DNA of 46,979 nt from a virus (taxonomy: Duplodnaviria; Caudoviricetes): IMG/VR virus record IMGVR_UViG_3300011338_000704, positions 1-46,979 of that record; one strand, 5' to 3'. Below are positions 27,056 to 35,087 of this stretch, in pieces. The position numbers and the translations under genes were made by a program. The notes beneath the pieces were generated by a model. The model was given only the letters and a program-made list of their open reading frames with translations, was not told the origin of the DNA and made no database searches. Positions within the stretch are counted from its first letter, which is position 1. Every line of letters starts with the position of its first letter.

Positions 27056-27559
27056 CTATCTGGCGGGCGGGGTCAAGAGGGCCTCGGCGATCCCCACCAG
27101 CCGCCCGATCTCCGACAGCCGGTCGCGGTTGGATTGCCGCAGCTCGTCGATGGCAGCCCACAGCAGGCCAATGTCGCTGACCGGCCCACCCCTCGAATGT
27201 GTATCACTTGTGAGGTTTTCGGGCTGTTTGTCCTCATCCGACACCGAACCGTAGATCGGCTCGGCGCGGCCGGGGTTGGCGGTGATGGGCTTGGCCTTGG
27301 CGATCAGCTTGAGGCTATCCTTGTCCCAGATGCCACCAACACCGCCTTCCAGCACGAAGGGCCAGCGGGCGCTATGCGAGAGGCCCTCGACCTTGAACCG
27401 CTGGCCCAGGTACGGCTGGCCGGGCTTACCCACCACCTCTACCGTATCCCCCACCTCGATCACCCCATCCTTCAATTCCATAGCCTGTCCTTCCGTGTTT
27501 GGCCGATCCTGGCCGGTGATGATCCTGGCGAGCTTGTCGCCGATGTGGTTGGCGATCAC
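27056..27559 (-). CDS. Hypothetical protein (SH3/KOW-like segment)
   Basis: IEVGDTVEVVG motif; possible internal start MELKDG with GGAAGGAC SD. Confidence 0.55.
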   Translation of the reverse strand: MIANHIGDKLARIITGQDRPNTEGQAMELKDGVIEVGDTVEVVGKPGQPYLGQRFKVEGLSHSARWPFVLEGGVGGIWDKDSLKLIAKAKPITANPGRAEPIYGSVSDEDKQPENLTSDTHSRGGPVSDIGLLWAAIDELRQSNRDRLSEIGRLVGIAEALLTPPAR

Positions 27560-27777
27560 GGCGCGACACCGTAAGCGGGCGTTCGCGGGTCGCCGTCGTC
27601 CTCGCCGTCATCGGGCTGTGTTTCGCTCTCAGCCGCAGAGGGTTGGGGAGGGGTGGCGGCGGCTTCAGCTTCGCGCCTGCGGATTTCAGCGATGGCGTTG
27701 CTGTTCCGGCGCATCTCGCGATCCCAGTCGCCGTCCGCGCATGTGCAGTTCAAGTTGACGCAGATGGGGCACCTCAC
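27556..27777 (-). CDS. Small Cys-rich hypothetical protein
   Basis: GTGA overlap; CPICVNLNCTC. Confidence 0.55.
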   Translation of the reverse strand: MRCPICVNLNCTCADGDWDREMRRNSNAIAEIRRREAEAAATPPQPSAAESETQPDDGEDDGDPRTPAYGVAP

Positions 27778-28070
27778 GTCCCCACCTCCCCAGTGGCCGG
27801 AGGAGGAAGCTTCCTCGCCTTCGCCACAGACGCGCATATGCCCGCCACCGTGACGTTGTGGTTGATGCCGCCGTCTCCGAAGTACTCGCGGATCACGGGC
27901 ACGACAGAGCCGTCCAGCAGGTGAATGGAAACGATCAGGTGGCGGGGTCCGGCGGGCTCGTCAAAGCCCTCGTTGTGGATCGAGATGCCCGTGATCGGAA
28001 ACGACGCCGCGACCGCGAACTGTGCCGCCTTCTCGCGCGCTTCTTTAAGTAACTTGTTGACCTCGCTCAC
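27774..28070 (-). CDS. Hypothetical protein
   Basis: 98 aa, coupled by GTGA overlaps. Confidence 0.6.
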   Translation of the reverse strand: MSEVNKLLKEAREKAAQFAVAASFPITGISIHNEGFDEPAGPRHLIVSIHLLDGSVVPVIREYFGDGGINHNVTVAGICASVAKARKLPPPATGEVGT

Positions 28071-28591
28071 GACTGGCCCTCCTCACCCGGGATCAATGCT
28101 GCGCCGTCAGGCGCACATGCCGCATCGGCGACTGGGGACTGATCCCGGGATGAACAATCCTCCCCACCAGGAAGGGGAAGGGGCGGGGAGGCGAGAACGG
28201 CGCAGGTGAACGGGCTCTCGAACGGTCGCGCGGGATCGACGGGCCTGCTGTTCCTGATCGTGCACAGCCGCATGGCCTCGATCATCTCGGCAGTCGGGAT
28301 GATCGGAACCGCTCTCCACCCCCCTGTAAGTCTGTTCTGATCTGAAAGGGATTGGAGGCGGGAGAGTTCTTGGGTCTTTTGGAGGTTGAGCGCGGCGAAT
28401 TTTGCCGTCAAGGCGATCTCCTCAGTCAGCGACTTGTCGCGACAGTCGATGATCTTTTCCAAATGCTCGATGTGATCAATTATGGCGCCGACAACATAGT
28501 CCGCCTCCTGTTCCCACGCCGAGCATCCGATGGGGTGCATGGGGCTCTCTGGGATAAGCAGGCCCTTCAGCCTTTCGATAAGATCGCTCAT
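28067..28591 (-). CDS. Hypothetical accessory protein, lower GC
   Basis: MSDLIERL start; WRAVPIIPTAEMIEA motif. Confidence 0.65.
   Translation of the reverse strand: MSDLIERLKGLLIPESPMHPIGCSAWEQEADYVVGAIIDHIEHLEKIIDCRDKSLTEEIALTAKFAALNLQKTQELSRLQSLSDQNRLTGGWRAVPIIPTAEMIEAMRLCTIRNSRPVDPARPFESPFTCAVLASPPLPLPGGEDCSSRDQSPVADAACAPDGAALIPGEEGQS
28137..28161. repeat. 25-bp inverted repeat, copy 1
   Basis: GACTGATCCCGGGATGAACAATCCT; 24/25 match to the reverse complement of 28612-28636. Confidence 0.85.
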
Positions 28592-28941
28592 GCCTGTTTC
28601 TCCACGTTAGAAGGGTTGTTCATCCCGGGATCAGTCACGTTCGGCCTGGGTGCGGAAGCGGTGCCGTAGCCCGCGCCGGCCTCTGGCGTCTGTGAGTTCG
28701 CAAGGGCGGATGTCGCCTCAGTGGCGGCCCGACCCATTTGACCGTTCATCCAGCAGACTTGCTGGGTCAGCTTTTCGAGGGCGCTCCCCGTCTGGTGCAG
28801 CGCCTTGATGGCCTCGTGCAGGAGGTCTAGCGAAACGTAAACGTCCCGCCCCTCGCGCATCTTCGACCATTGACCGGCGGCGTCGGTCACCACCTCCAGC
28901 TTGCGGATCACCTCGTCGGCGTATGTTGGAACGCGGCTCAT
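28588..28941 (-). CDS. Hypothetical protein
   Basis: 117 aa, ATGA overlaps. Confidence 0.6.
   Translation of the reverse strand: MSRVPTYADEVIRKLEVVTDAAGQWSKMREGRDVYVSLDLLHEAIKALHQTGSALEKLTQQVCWMNGQMGRAATEATSALANSQTPEAGAGYGTASAPRPNVTDPGMNNPSNVEKQA
28612..28636. repeat. 25-bp inverted repeat, copy 2
   Basis: AGGGTTGTTCATCCCGGGATCAGTC. Confidence 0.85.
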
Positions 28942-29225
28942 CGGCCCACCGCCTGAGCAATCGCCTCGCGCATCGCCACCGTGACCTTCGCCACCACGCC
29001 GTTCTTGTAGGCCGGATCGTCGGCGGCCATCTCGACGTAGGGCAAGGCAAGCGTCAGGGCATCCACGAGCCCATAGGCCACTGAGAGGGTGTGGTTTATG
29101 TCCTCGGCAATCCCAGACAGGTCGGATAGCTTCTTGGGATACGCGCCGCCCGACATGCGGCTAGCGTCGTCAGCGAGCCGGTGGAGCGGGTTTGTCGGGT
29201 CGTTGGTGGGGTGGGCGCTGATCAT
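28938..29225 (-). CDS. Hypothetical protein
   Basis: 95 aa, coupled. Confidence 0.6.
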   Translation of the reverse strand: MISAHPTNDPTNPLHRLADDASRMSGGAYPKKLSDLSGIAEDINHTLSVAYGLVDALTLALPYVEMAADDPAYKNGVVAKVTVAMREAIAQAVGR

Positions 29226-29428
29226 TGGACAGCGCCCTTCAGTTGCGCTTGCATGGCCTCGCCAGCCGGTGTCAGGCGCATCGGCCCACAGTTGCCGTCA
29301 GGACTGGTGATGACGTGCTGAAACAGGCCCTTCGCCATCAGGGCGTAGACCGTCCGCATGGTGAAATCGCCGTGGATGCAGCCAGCCAGAACGAACTGGC
29401 GTTGCTTGGGGGTGAGGCGCACCTTCAC
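29222..29428 (-). CDS. Small winged-helix-like protein
   Basis: LTPKQR...TVYALMAKGL...RLTPAG. Confidence 0.55.
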   Translation of the reverse strand: MKVRLTPKQRQFVLAGCIHGDFTMRTVYALMAKGLFQHVITSPDGNCGPMRLTPAGEAMQAQLKGAVQ

Positions 29429-29883
29429 GGCTTCACCTCCCCAACGTCCGAGCCCTTGAGCGAGGATGCGACAGTCGTTGGCCCCAAATCCCGGGAGGCC
29501 ATAAGACCTTGTTTTCCTTCTCCCCCTCCCGATACAGGGGCGGAAGACAGGGCGGCTAGGGCGAAAAGACGGGTCCGCGCTTCAGCCTGCTTTCGCACGG
29601 CGTCCCGCGTCTCGGTCATGCGGGCGATGGCGCTGGCGGTATCGTAGGCGTCCAGAGCCTCACGCAAAGCCGTCTCCCGATCCTCCGACCCTCTCGGGGA
29701 TATGGTCGGGGCGGCGGAGAGCATGGCGCGATAGATCGAGCCGAAGTCGCTGAAGCCGGGGTGTCGGTTGAGGGGCACGTCGCGAGCCGCCCGAAGCATT
29801 GCCTCGTTCGGATCGGCGGGCACCATCACCCAGTCTTCTGTCTGTGTGGGGTTTGACGTTTCGTCGCTCATGGCCGCGTCCAC
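29425..29883 (-). CDS. Hypothetical accessory protein
   Basis: WVMVPADPNEAML...IYRAMLSAAP motif common in phage accessory proteins. Confidence 0.62.
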   Translation of the reverse strand: MDAAMSDETSNPTQTEDWVMVPADPNEAMLRAARDVPLNRHPGFSDFGSIYRAMLSAAPTISPRGSEDRETALREALDAYDTASAIARMTETRDAVRKQAEARTRLFALAALSSAPVSGGGEGKQGLMASRDLGPTTVASSLKGSDVGEVKP

Positions 29884-30083
29884 CCCAGCTCGACTAGGCG
29901 CTGGGCCACGGCCTGGTGGTCAATGTCGGCGACCTTCACGTCGTCGGGGAAGTTGCCCACCTCAACCAGCGCGTTGAACAGGTCGATCTCCAGCTCGCTC
30001 GTGTGGGGGGCGTCGGGGCTGAAGCCCTCGACGATCTCGCCGGTCGTCAGGTTGCGCCATTGCACGCGCGGAAGGGCGGTCAC
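29868..30083 (-). CDS. Hypothetical protein
   Basis: GTG start with GAAGGAC SD overlapping the upstream stop. Confidence 0.55.
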   Translation of the reverse strand: MTALPRVQWRNLTTGEIVEGFSPDAPHTSELEIDLFNALVEVGNFPDDVKVADIDHQAVAQRLVELGWTRP

Positions 30084-30409
30084 CCGTCCTTCAGCCGTGC
30101 CAGCCCCTTCGCCGTGATCCTCGTTCCCTGCCATCGTCCGTCCTCCTGCAATACCGTTTCAATCAAACCCTCGGCGAGTAGCTCGCGCCTACAGGTCAAG
30201 AACCATCTGTCCGTCTGGCCGCCCCTCATCCGCTCCAGCTCGGCCTCGACGCTTAGGCGCTGGACCGGCGGGGGCAGGCAGGGCTTGCCCTTCACGGGGG
30301 CCAGGGCGAGGCGGTTGGCGTCCAGGTGGGCCGCCAGCTCGTCGCGCAGCTCGGCGGGGGTCTTCGCCCGCATCGCCTTCCGCGCCTGCCTGTCGATCCA
30401 TGACGCCAC
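30080..30409 (-). CDS. Hypothetical protein
   Basis: 109 aa; C-terminal LLAEGLI...RITAKGLARL is wHTH-like. Confidence 0.55.
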   Translation of the reverse strand: MASWIDRQARKAMRAKTPAELRDELAAHLDANRLALAPVKGKPCLPPPVQRLSVEAELERMRGGQTDRWFLTCRRELLAEGLIETVLQEDGRWQGTRITAKGLARLKDG

Positions 30410-30506
30410 CGCCCGGCCCCTTCAGTTGTGTTGCGCGCCCACCCTGCGGGCAGACGTACCAGGTTGAGCCGTCGCGGCCAGTGATGCGGCCGGTGACGGG
30501 CTTCAC
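30189..30506 (-). CDS. Hypothetical protein overlapping the downstream ORF
   Basis: GTGA coupling to the upstream gene, AAGGAG-like SD; ends GQMVLDL. Confidence 0.4.
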   Translation of the reverse strand: MKPVTGRITGRDGSTWYVCPQGGRATQLKGPGGGVMDRQAGAEGDAGEDPRRAARRAGGPPGRQPPRPGPREGQALPAPAGPAPKRRGRAGADEGRPDGQMVLDL

Positions 30507-30733
30507 AGCGGCCAGCTCCCTTGCGCGACGACCAGGCCGTCGCCGTCGATGGTGTACTCGTTCCCGAAGTCCTGGCGCTTCAGGGTGAAGGGGATCGGAA
30601 CCTTGACCGGCGGATCACCGTGCAGCACGCGCAGCCAGATGATCGGGCCGTGGTTCGCCATGAACCGCTGGCGCAGGGTGTCGCCGTGGCGCTCCCAGAC
30701 GGCGCGAACAAGGTCGGGGGTGGGGGCGGTCAT
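30503..30733 (-). CDS. Hypothetical protein
   Basis: MTAPTPDL start, TGATG coupling. Confidence 0.58.
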   Translation of the reverse strand: MTAPTPDLVRAVWERHGDTLRQRFMANHGPIIWLRVLHGDPPVKVPIPFTLKRQDFGNEYTIDGDGLVVAQGSWPL

Positions 30734-30936
30734 CAGGTGATCCCCGCCGCCGCCCACGCCGCGCGCTGCGCCTGCGTCTCGGCCCCCTCGCGGGCCAACT
30801 GCTCATCGACCAGCACGCGAACCTGCGCGGCGAGATCGCTGTCGAGCTGGTGGGCCTGAGCCCACAGGCCGCGAAGGTTTCGGATGCGCCAGTTGCGCTC
30901 TCGGGCCTCGGTCTGAGCTGGGGTCGGCTTGGTCAT
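30733..30936 (-). CDS. Hypothetical protein
   Basis: 67 aa, TGATG coupling. Confidence 0.6.
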   Translation of the reverse strand: MTKPTPAQTEARERNWRIRNLRGLWAQAHQLDSDLAAQVRVLVDEQLAREGAETQAQRAAWAAAGIT

Positions 30937-31253
30937 CAGCCCCTCGCCTTCGCCCGCTCACCGGCCGCGATCACCGCCTGCCGGGCCAGCTCGACGCTGG
31001 CTCTGTGGTTGGCCAGGGCCTCGCGCCCCTTGGCTGTGATCCGGTAGCGCCACGCCGGGCGCGTCTGGCCGAAGCCGGTGTTGCGACGCTCGACCCAGCC
31101 GAACGGCAGCATCTTCGCCAGGGTCGTGGTGTGGTGGCTGTTGCCGCCGCCGCCAATGTCGAGGGGCCGCGACCAGTCTTCGCTGCCGTCGAGGGCAGCG
31201 TTGAGGGAGCGGATGGCCAGCTCGCGCAGGGTCTCGGCTTGGATGCGGGTCAT
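30936..31253 (-). CDS. Winged-helix DNA-binding-like protein
   Basis: TLAKMLPFGWVERR...YRITAKGREAL; RBS GGAAGGACGAACC. Confidence 0.65.
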   Translation of the reverse strand: MTRIQAETLRELAIRSLNAALDGSEDWSRPLDIGGGGNSHHTTTLAKMLPFGWVERRNTGFGQTRPAWRYRITAKGREALANHRASVELARQAVIAAGERAKARG

Positions 31254-31301
31254 TCGGTTCGTCCTTCCGATCAACGACTACATGGCGCAGGCGGCGTTGA
31301 T

Positions 31302-31634
31302 TTACAACAGCCGATATTGTCCGCTGTCGTCGTATCCCACGTCCTTCGCAGGAAGCGGCACACGCCATTTTATGGCCCGGCGGCCACCACGGGCCACGCC
31401 GGTCTCTCCGCTGTCCTCCAGCAGGCCCACGGCGGCCAGCTCGCTGCACCTGGCGCGACAGGTCTGGTCGAAGATGCCGGTGGCTCTGGCGATCTCCTCG
31501 GGCGTCACCGGGCCGTGGTCTCGGACGTAGGCCAGCACCTGCGCCTTCAGGGTGCCGACCTTGGGCTCGATGGCCTCGGCGGCGGCGATGCCGGTGTGGC
31601 GGCCCTTGTGGCCGGGGGTGTGGGGGTAGGTCAT
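31302..31634 (-). CDS. Winged helix-turn-helix protein
   Basis: VLAYVRDHGPVTPEEIARATG...RARCSELAAVGLLEDSG...GRRAIKW. Confidence 0.75.
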   Translation of the reverse strand: MTYPHTPGHKGRHTGIAAAEAIEPKVGTLKAQVLAYVRDHGPVTPEEIARATGIFDQTCRARCSELAAVGLLEDSGETGVARGGRRAIKWRVPLPAKDVGYDDSGQYRLL

Positions 31635-31855
31635 CGCTTCAGCCACTCCCGCAGGGTCTTCCCCTCGCGGGCGGCCAGGATCGCGCCCACGGCCAGGATC
31701 ACGAACGCCACGGGGTAGACCACCGGCCACGCGGCGAGGATCGCCAGGGTGCGCCACGGGTGGCGCTCCAGCTTGCCCCGCTCGTTGGGGTCGGCCTGCA
31801 CCACGAACAGCAGCCAGGCAAAGATGCCCAGCCACACAGTCAGCCATCCGATCAT
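31631..31855 (-). CDS. Small membrane protein (2 TM segments)
   Basis: Two hydrophobic stretches; ATGA overlaps. Confidence 0.68.
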   Translation of the reverse strand: MIGWLTVWLGIFAWLLFVVQADPNERGKLERHPWRTLAILAAWPVVYPVAFVILAVGAILAAREGKTLREWLKR

Positions 31856-32424
31856 TTCTTCTCGTCCTTCCGCACGGCGTCCGTCAGCAGACGCGCAAAT
31901 TCCTCGTCGACCTTGTGCTCGACCACCTCGTTGAGCAGGCGAAGATGCTTCGCCAGCAGGGTCAGGGCTCCGAGCTTGTCGTGCGACCTGACCTTGACCC
32001 GCCGCACCTCGCGGGCGTCGTCGCCCCGGCCAGCGGTGAAGTCCTCGATCTCGGCGCTCGACAGCGCGGCGAGCTGGTCGGGGGTGGCTTTCGACAGGTC
32101 GATGTAGGGGTCGCCCTGCTCGGTGACGTGCAGCATGTCGCCGAGGCTGAAGCGGGCGATCTTGGCGGCCTCGATCAGCACTTCGTCGGCGGTCATCTTC
32201 AGCCGCTCCGACTGGGCCTTGCGCCCCTCATTGATGGCGGCGCGGACGTTCTCGTACTCGGGCTCACAGAAGAACCGGCTGGCCTGGCGGTTGGCGCGGT
32301 TCTCGGCGTAACCAGCGGCGCGGGCAGCGCGGGCTCCGTTGGTCGAGACCAGGTACTCCTCGACAAAACGCTTCTGGCGCTCGGTCAGGGGGCGGTCGAC
32401 GTAGGGGACGGCGGGCTTGCTCAT
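31852..32424 (-). CDS. terS: Terminase small subunit
   Basis: LTERQKRFVEEYL..NGARAARAAGY and HDKLGALTLLAKHL motifs. Confidence 0.92.
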   Translation of the reverse strand: MSKPAVPYVDRPLTERQKRFVEEYLVSTNGARAARAAGYAENRANRQASRFFCEPEYENVRAAINEGRKAQSERLKMTADEVLIEAAKIARFSLGDMLHVTEQGDPYIDLSKATPDQLAALSSAEIEDFTAGRGDDAREVRRVKVRSHDKLGALTLLAKHLRLLNEVVEHKVDEEFARLLTDAVRKDEKK

Positions 32425-32594
32425 GCCCGCATCCTATCACACTCGTCGGCGTAGCCTTCCCGCCAGCCGTGCTCCCACTCCAGGTTCTCGGGCGAGCCTT
32501 CGGGGTGGGGGTTGTGGCGGCTTGGGCGACGCTTCCGCATGGCGTCGGACCCGGCGGCGTGGCCGTCGAGGAAGGGGTCGCGCTCGCCGGTCAT
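32421..32594 (-). CDS. Rmf/CrpP-like small protein, 57 aa (not in ORF track)
   Basis: FLDGHAAG...NPHPEGSPENLEWEHGWREG matches the G..A...(C/N)PY.....W..GW..G pattern; ATGA overlaps at both ends. Confidence 0.65.
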   Translation of the reverse strand: MTGERDPFLDGHAAGSDAMRKRRPSRHNPHPEGSPENLEWEHGWREGYADECDRMRA

Positions 32595-32878
32595 CGGGCC
32601 ACCCGATACCGGATGCAGCCGGTGCCCTTGAGGCGGGCGACCACGGCGCGGGCTCCGTCGATGGGCCGCCAGTCATGGTCGATGCTGTCGTCGATGGCGT
32701 CCTGAATGGTGTCCTCCAGGTGGTTCTCGTCGTCGATCTCGCTGTCGGCCGTGGCCGCCGCGACCGCCGACACCTCATGCAGGTAGTCGGTGATCCCGTG
32801 GCCTCGCGCCTTGGCGGCGGCCAGCTCGCGCTCAAGGGCCGAGCCGGGGCGGATGCGGATGGTGATAGCTCGGCTCAC
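32591..32878 (-). CDS. Hypothetical protein
   Basis: 95 aa, acidic, coupled. Confidence 0.62.
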   Translation of the reverse strand: MSRAITIRIRPGSALERELAAAKARGHGITDYLHEVSAVAAATADSEIDDENHLEDTIQDAIDDSIDHDWRPIDGARAVVARLKGTGCIRYRVAR

Positions 32879-33102
32879 GGGCAGATTTCCTTGATGACGG
32901 CCCGCAGGCGCTGGACGTGAGCGCGCAGGGCGGCGCGGGTGATGCCGCCCACGCGCAGGGCGTCGCGCTCCAGCTCGGCGGCCTCAGACCGCAGGCGGGA
33001 GATCGCGCGGATGACGTCGGGGTCGGTGCCGATCCCGGCTGACCGGAGGCGGGCGCGGGCAGCGCGGGCCTCGTCGAGGTTGATGGCGGATATGGGGGTC
33101 AT
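32875..33102 (-). CDS. Hypothetical protein
   Basis: 75 aa, GAGGAGG SD. Confidence 0.65.
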   Translation of the reverse strand: MTPISAINLDEARAARARLRSAGIGTDPDVIRAISRLRSEAAELERDALRVGGITRAALRAHVQRLRAVIKEICP

Positions 33103-33132
33103 GCGTTCCTCCTCTCGTTCTCGGGTCTAGCG

Positions 33133-33174
33133 CCCGGTGGGTGGCCCGCCGTAGCAGGCCACCGGCCGGGGGCT
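33133..33174 (-). promoter_or_regulatory. Structured RNA hairpin, copy A (after the DUF932 gene)
   Basis: CCCGG-2x2 loop-GGTGGCC-TGC-TACG-GCG-GGCCACC-CCGGG. Confidence 0.7.
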
Positions 33175-34096
33175 AGGCGGCCTTCAGTTTCGCCATCTCG
33201 TTGGCCAGGGTGAACAGGGCGCGGTTGAGCCCGGCGTTCTGGTCGATGTTCCGCACCTCGCCGGTCGTGCGGCGCTCGCGCTTGATAAGGCGGCCGGTCT
33301 CCTGGTCGCGGGTCTCGCGGACGTAGCGGTCACCGCCCCGGATCAGGTGTTCCTGCGTCCGCTGGAACACGCGCCACAGGTCGGCCCCGTTGTCTTCGTG
33401 GCGCTTCACCCGCAGAAGGTCAGACGGCTGGATCGGGGCCTCCTCGGGCTTCCAGCGGAGATCGCGGGCGGCGGTGGCGAAGGCGAGCTGCTCGCGGGTC
33501 GACAGCTCGATGCCGGTCATGTTGGAGCTGACGTCGACCATCCGCTCGGTCTCACGGACCACGCGGAAGGCCCCCTCGATCACATCGTCGCCGATGTTGC
33601 CCTTGTGCGGCAGACGCACCTCGCTGAACAGGTCGTCGGCGAAGACGCAGCCGTTGAGGCAGGCGAACTTGAAGCTCCCGGCCATGAACTTGTAGGCGCT
33701 GGTCCCGTCGTGGCTGTTCCACATCAGCACCTCGGGGGCGATGCCGAGACGCTCGACGCCCTTGACCTTCAGCGCGTCGGGGTGGCGCAGGCGCAGGGCG
33801 TGCTTGGTGAAGTCGCGCTTGCCCTCGATCCGCGAGCCGCCTTGCGTCACCTCGACGATCTGGAAGCCCTGGCGGATCAGGCCGCCGATGACCGGGCGGC
33901 TGTCGATGAAGGCATACTTGGCCGAGCGGCTTTCGTGCGCGCCGTCGGCGAAGACGCTGGGGGCGAGCTGGGCGAGCTGCTCGATGCTGATGGCCTGACC
34001 CTCACGGGCGCGGAACCGGACGGCTCCAGATGGGGCGCGGTAGCCGTAGCCGTGGCTGATGGGCTCGGCGAAGGGGGCGGGGGTCATGGCGTTCAT
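33173..34096 (-). CDS. DUF932 family protein
   Basis: APSVFA..AHESRSAKY, FTKHALRLR, NSHDGTSAY, GSFKFACLNG and EDNGADLW motifs. Confidence 0.9.
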   Translation of the reverse strand: MNAMTPAPFAEPISHGYGYRAPSGAVRFRAREGQAISIEQLAQLAPSVFADGAHESRSAKYAFIDSRPVIGGLIRQGFQIVEVTQGGSRIEGKRDFTKHALRLRHPDALKVKGVERLGIAPEVLMWNSHDGTSAYKFMAGSFKFACLNGCVFADDLFSEVRLPHKGNIGDDVIEGAFRVVRETERMVDVSSNMTGIELSTREQLAFATAARDLRWKPEEAPIQPSDLLRVKRHEDNGADLWRVFQRTQEHLIRGGDRYVRETRDQETGRLIKRERRTTGEVRNIDQNAGLNRALFTLANEMAKLKAA

Positions 34097-34125
34097 GGTG
34101 GTGTCCTTCCAGGTCGGGCAAAGCG

Positions 34126-34168
34126 CCCGGCTGATCCCCCGCCGCAGCAGGGGATCGACCGGGGGCTT
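34126..34168 (-). promoter_or_regulatory. Structured RNA hairpin, copy B (before the DUF932 gene)
   Basis: CCCGG-2x2 loop-GATCCCC-TGC-TGCG-GCG-GGGGATC-CCGGG. Confidence 0.7.
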
Positions 34169-34435
34169 TTAGGCGGCGGCCTCGACCTTGGCGCGGAAGG
34201 TCTCAATGACCCCGTCGCGCTTCTCGGCGAGGCGTCGGCGGGCGCGCTCCACAATGGGGCGCAGCCATTTGTCGGTGTAGACCTCGACGCCGATCTCCTG
34301 CTGCGTCCTGAGGAGCATCCCGCCCCAAACCACGATGCCCTCGTCGTCGCCATTCGTGAGGGCTTCGTGAGCGCCCAGATATTCAACGGCGAGAGACTTG
34401 GCGGCGGCGCGGGCTTTGTTGGTCATCGGGATCAT
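34169..34435 (-). CDS. Hypothetical early protein
   Basis: 88 aa, GGAAGGAC SD, first gene after a promoter. Confidence 0.7.
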   Translation of the reverse strand: MIPMTNKARAAAKSLAVEYLGAHEALTNGDDEGIVVWGGMLLRTQQEIGVEVYTDKWLRPIVERARRRLAEKRDGVIETFRAKVEAAA

Positions 34436-34488
34436 GGTGGCGTCCTTCCAAGGGGTTGATCGGGCCGGGTCGCCCCGGCCGTGATGAC

Positions 34489-34517
34489 CATATATTGCGA
34501 TGTGCAGTACGTTACAA
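34489..34517 (-). promoter_or_regulatory. Sigma70-type promoter
   Basis: TTGTAA-17 bp-TATATG, followed by a 5' hairpin GGCCGGG-GCGA-CCCGGCC. Confidence 0.6.
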
Positions 34518-35087
34518 GGGCCGGTCGGAAGATTTCTTCCAGTCCATGCCAGCGAGCAGCTCCTTCACGTCGGCGCGGCGGGCCGCCTTCTGCTCCTCCG
34601 ACAGCGGTGGCGGGCGCTCGACGATCTTCTGGGCGCGGTAGGCGGCGATCACCTCGCGGCCCTCGACCTTCTGGCACAGCTCCAGCAACTGGCCGGGGTT
34701 CGGCAGGAACCGCTCGGGTGTCCTGGCCCAGGCCTTCAGGGCCTTCTCGATGGACAGGGCGGGCTGGCCCTCCAGCACCTCCAGAAACCCCTCCCAGAAC
34801 ACCTCCCACTCGCCCTCGCCGCGATCCTGCTGCGGGTATCGCGGAATGAACCGGCCGACCGTGGCCATGATCTGCTCGGGCGTGGCCGGGGTGACCGCCG
34901 CGTCACGCGCCGCCAGGATCGACGGCAGCGCCGCCCTCACCTCGGCGTAGAGCTGCGGGTCGCTGGCGACGTCGTCGATGGCCCCGTCACTCCTGCCTGC
35001 GGCGAGCAAGCGCGCGGTCAGCCCCGGCGAGAGCCCGGCCAAGGTTGGCGTGGCGGCGGTCGAGGTTCGGGCTGGCAGGTTGGTCAT
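34512..35087 (-). CDS. Putative helicase loader/replication accessory protein
   Basis: Directly after the initiator; W...FLPNPGQL motif typical of lambda-P-position proteins. Confidence 0.6.
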   Translation of the reverse strand: MTNLPARTSTAATPTLAGLSPGLTARLLAAGRSDGAIDDVASDPQLYAEVRAALPSILAARDAAVTPATPEQIMATVGRFIPRYPQQDRGEGEWEVFWEGFLEVLEGQPALSIEKALKAWARTPERFLPNPGQLLELCQKVEGREVIAAYRAQKIVERPPPLSEEQKAARRADVKELLAGMDWKKSSDRPL

